DNA of 64,000 bases from Moniliella sp. 'wahieum' (Eukaryota). The stretch covers positions 1 through 64,000 of the forward strand of contig RSEE01000026.1 of NCBI GenBank assembly GCA_003971905.1, in the 5' to 3' direction. Position numbers and translations under genes: made by a program. Below are positions 62,885-64,000 of this stretch, piece after piece. The notes below the pieces were generated by a model that worked only from the letters and a program-made list of their open reading frames with translations, was not told the DNA's origin and did not search any database. Every line of letters begins with the position of its first letter. The first letter of the stretch is position 1.

Positions 62885-64000
62885 ATGGACAGCATCCCAC
62901 CTCACTGGGCTGCTCTTCCGCCTTCCCTTAGCCCCCGTGCTGGCTGCAGTGGCCGTCGGAGGCATCTTGACACTCCTGCTGCTCGTCCTGGTACCTGACC
63001 GTCCCATTGGGGCCCAGCGCCAGGCCAACATTGGTGTCGTGCCCGGCGGCTACCCTATCCTGGGCCATGTCGGCATGCTCTGGGACTCGATCCGGCTCAA
63101 GACCAGCGACCGGTTCCTTGATGACATCTGCGATGCACAGCGCGCCTTTGGTCCCGGGTTGCGCCCCTATGCTTTCCATCACCTTGCCATGGCGGGACGA
63201 CCATTGTCATCAACCGCCCGAGTATGTCATGCACTGCCAAGATAACAAGTATGGCAACTTCCCAACTACATTAAAGGCGCGAGCATTCAGCGTGCCATGT
63301 CCGATTTTCTTGCGCCCGAAGGGATCTTTGTTGCAGATGGCCAACCTTGGCGAACCAACGCAAGATCGCAGCCAACATAGTATGTCGCATCTCCCTCCCC
63401 CCTGTTGCGTGTGGACGCGTGGAGCAGCGCAGTGGGGATCGTCGATCATCGATCAAGGCGCAGTGGGGAGTGTAGTATTAACAGGTTTCTGCCTGTGTGA
63501 CGCACAGTTCTCGGCTTCGAATTTCCGCACCCACTTTCAAGAAAGCATTCATGCCCACCTGAAGAAAATGGAAGCGCTTATGTCCATCTGCGCCAAGGAG
63601 CGCATCGCCATCAACTTCCAGGACCTGATGTTCCGTTTTACCATGGACACATTATGGACATTGCGTTTGGTTCTTCATTGGGTCTTTCCGTACGTCTGTG
63701 CTGTCACTCCGAGCGGCATAAAGGGTCAACAAAACTAATCTTTACAAACGAATGTGCCTCTGATTGTATGACAGAACACCCCGATGGCCTCAACCATACT
63801 AAGCCGTTTGTAGTCGCTTTCGATCATTTGCAAGAGGTGGCAAGGACGAGGGCGCAAACGCCGGCTATTTTCTAAACTTCAGCGCTATACTTCAGAAAGG
63901 ACGAAAGACTTCGGCTGCAGTCGCCACCGTCCTTTCTATGGCCAACAAGCTCGTCATGGAACGCATCGACGCGCTGGCCAAGGCGGGCGAGGATTCTGTT
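62885..64000 (+). CDS. Cytochrome P450, fatty-acid omega-hydroxylase-like group; 5' part only
   Basis: N-terminal transmembrane anchor, PGGYPILGH, NFPNYIKG, EGIFVADGQPW..QRKIAANI|FS, INFQDLMFRFTMDT..DIAFG. Intron about 63381-63507. Runs off the window. Confidence 0.88.

Noticed and set aside
528..64000. Mass pseudogenisation or programmed frameshifting of the genes
   Set aside because: Frameshifts hit essential, otherwise well-conserved genes (RPL19, RPS27, ARO2, RCC1, dynactin, NudC) throughout the window without motif decay. Sequencing indel error is far more likely.

Overview
GC-rich, intron-poor eukaryotic DNA. Gene content and splice signals suggest a basidiomycete fungus, most likely smut-like Ustilaginomycotina (inference). 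Nearly every gene, including RPL19, RPS27, ARO2 and dynactin, carries 1-2 nt frameshifts, which points to an unpolished long-read consensus. CDS limits are therefore approximate and stitched across frames. Recognisable genes, in order: kinesin-4-like motor, compact Set1-like SET protein, divergent RPL19/RPS27, ARO2, Zn2Cys6 TF, divergent TRM82/RRP14, RCC1, inositol-type sugar porter, EH-like protein, NudC, F-box protein, GIT1-like MFS permease, Ala-rich SDR-like orphan, dynactin p150Glued, SEC13 and a cytochrome P450 cut by the window end. Two accessory islands (about 13.6-21.5 kb and 55.7-62.7 kb) hold a 498-bp solo LTR with a perfect TSD, two copies of a second LTR family (one carrying a 118-bp MITE), a MULE/FAR1-like derivative and a CACTA-like transposase remnant. 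The most unusual signal is a family of non-coding 7-bp-period arrays following one rule, T-N-A plus a variable 4-bp palindrome, seen at more than 15 sites with about ten different palindromes.
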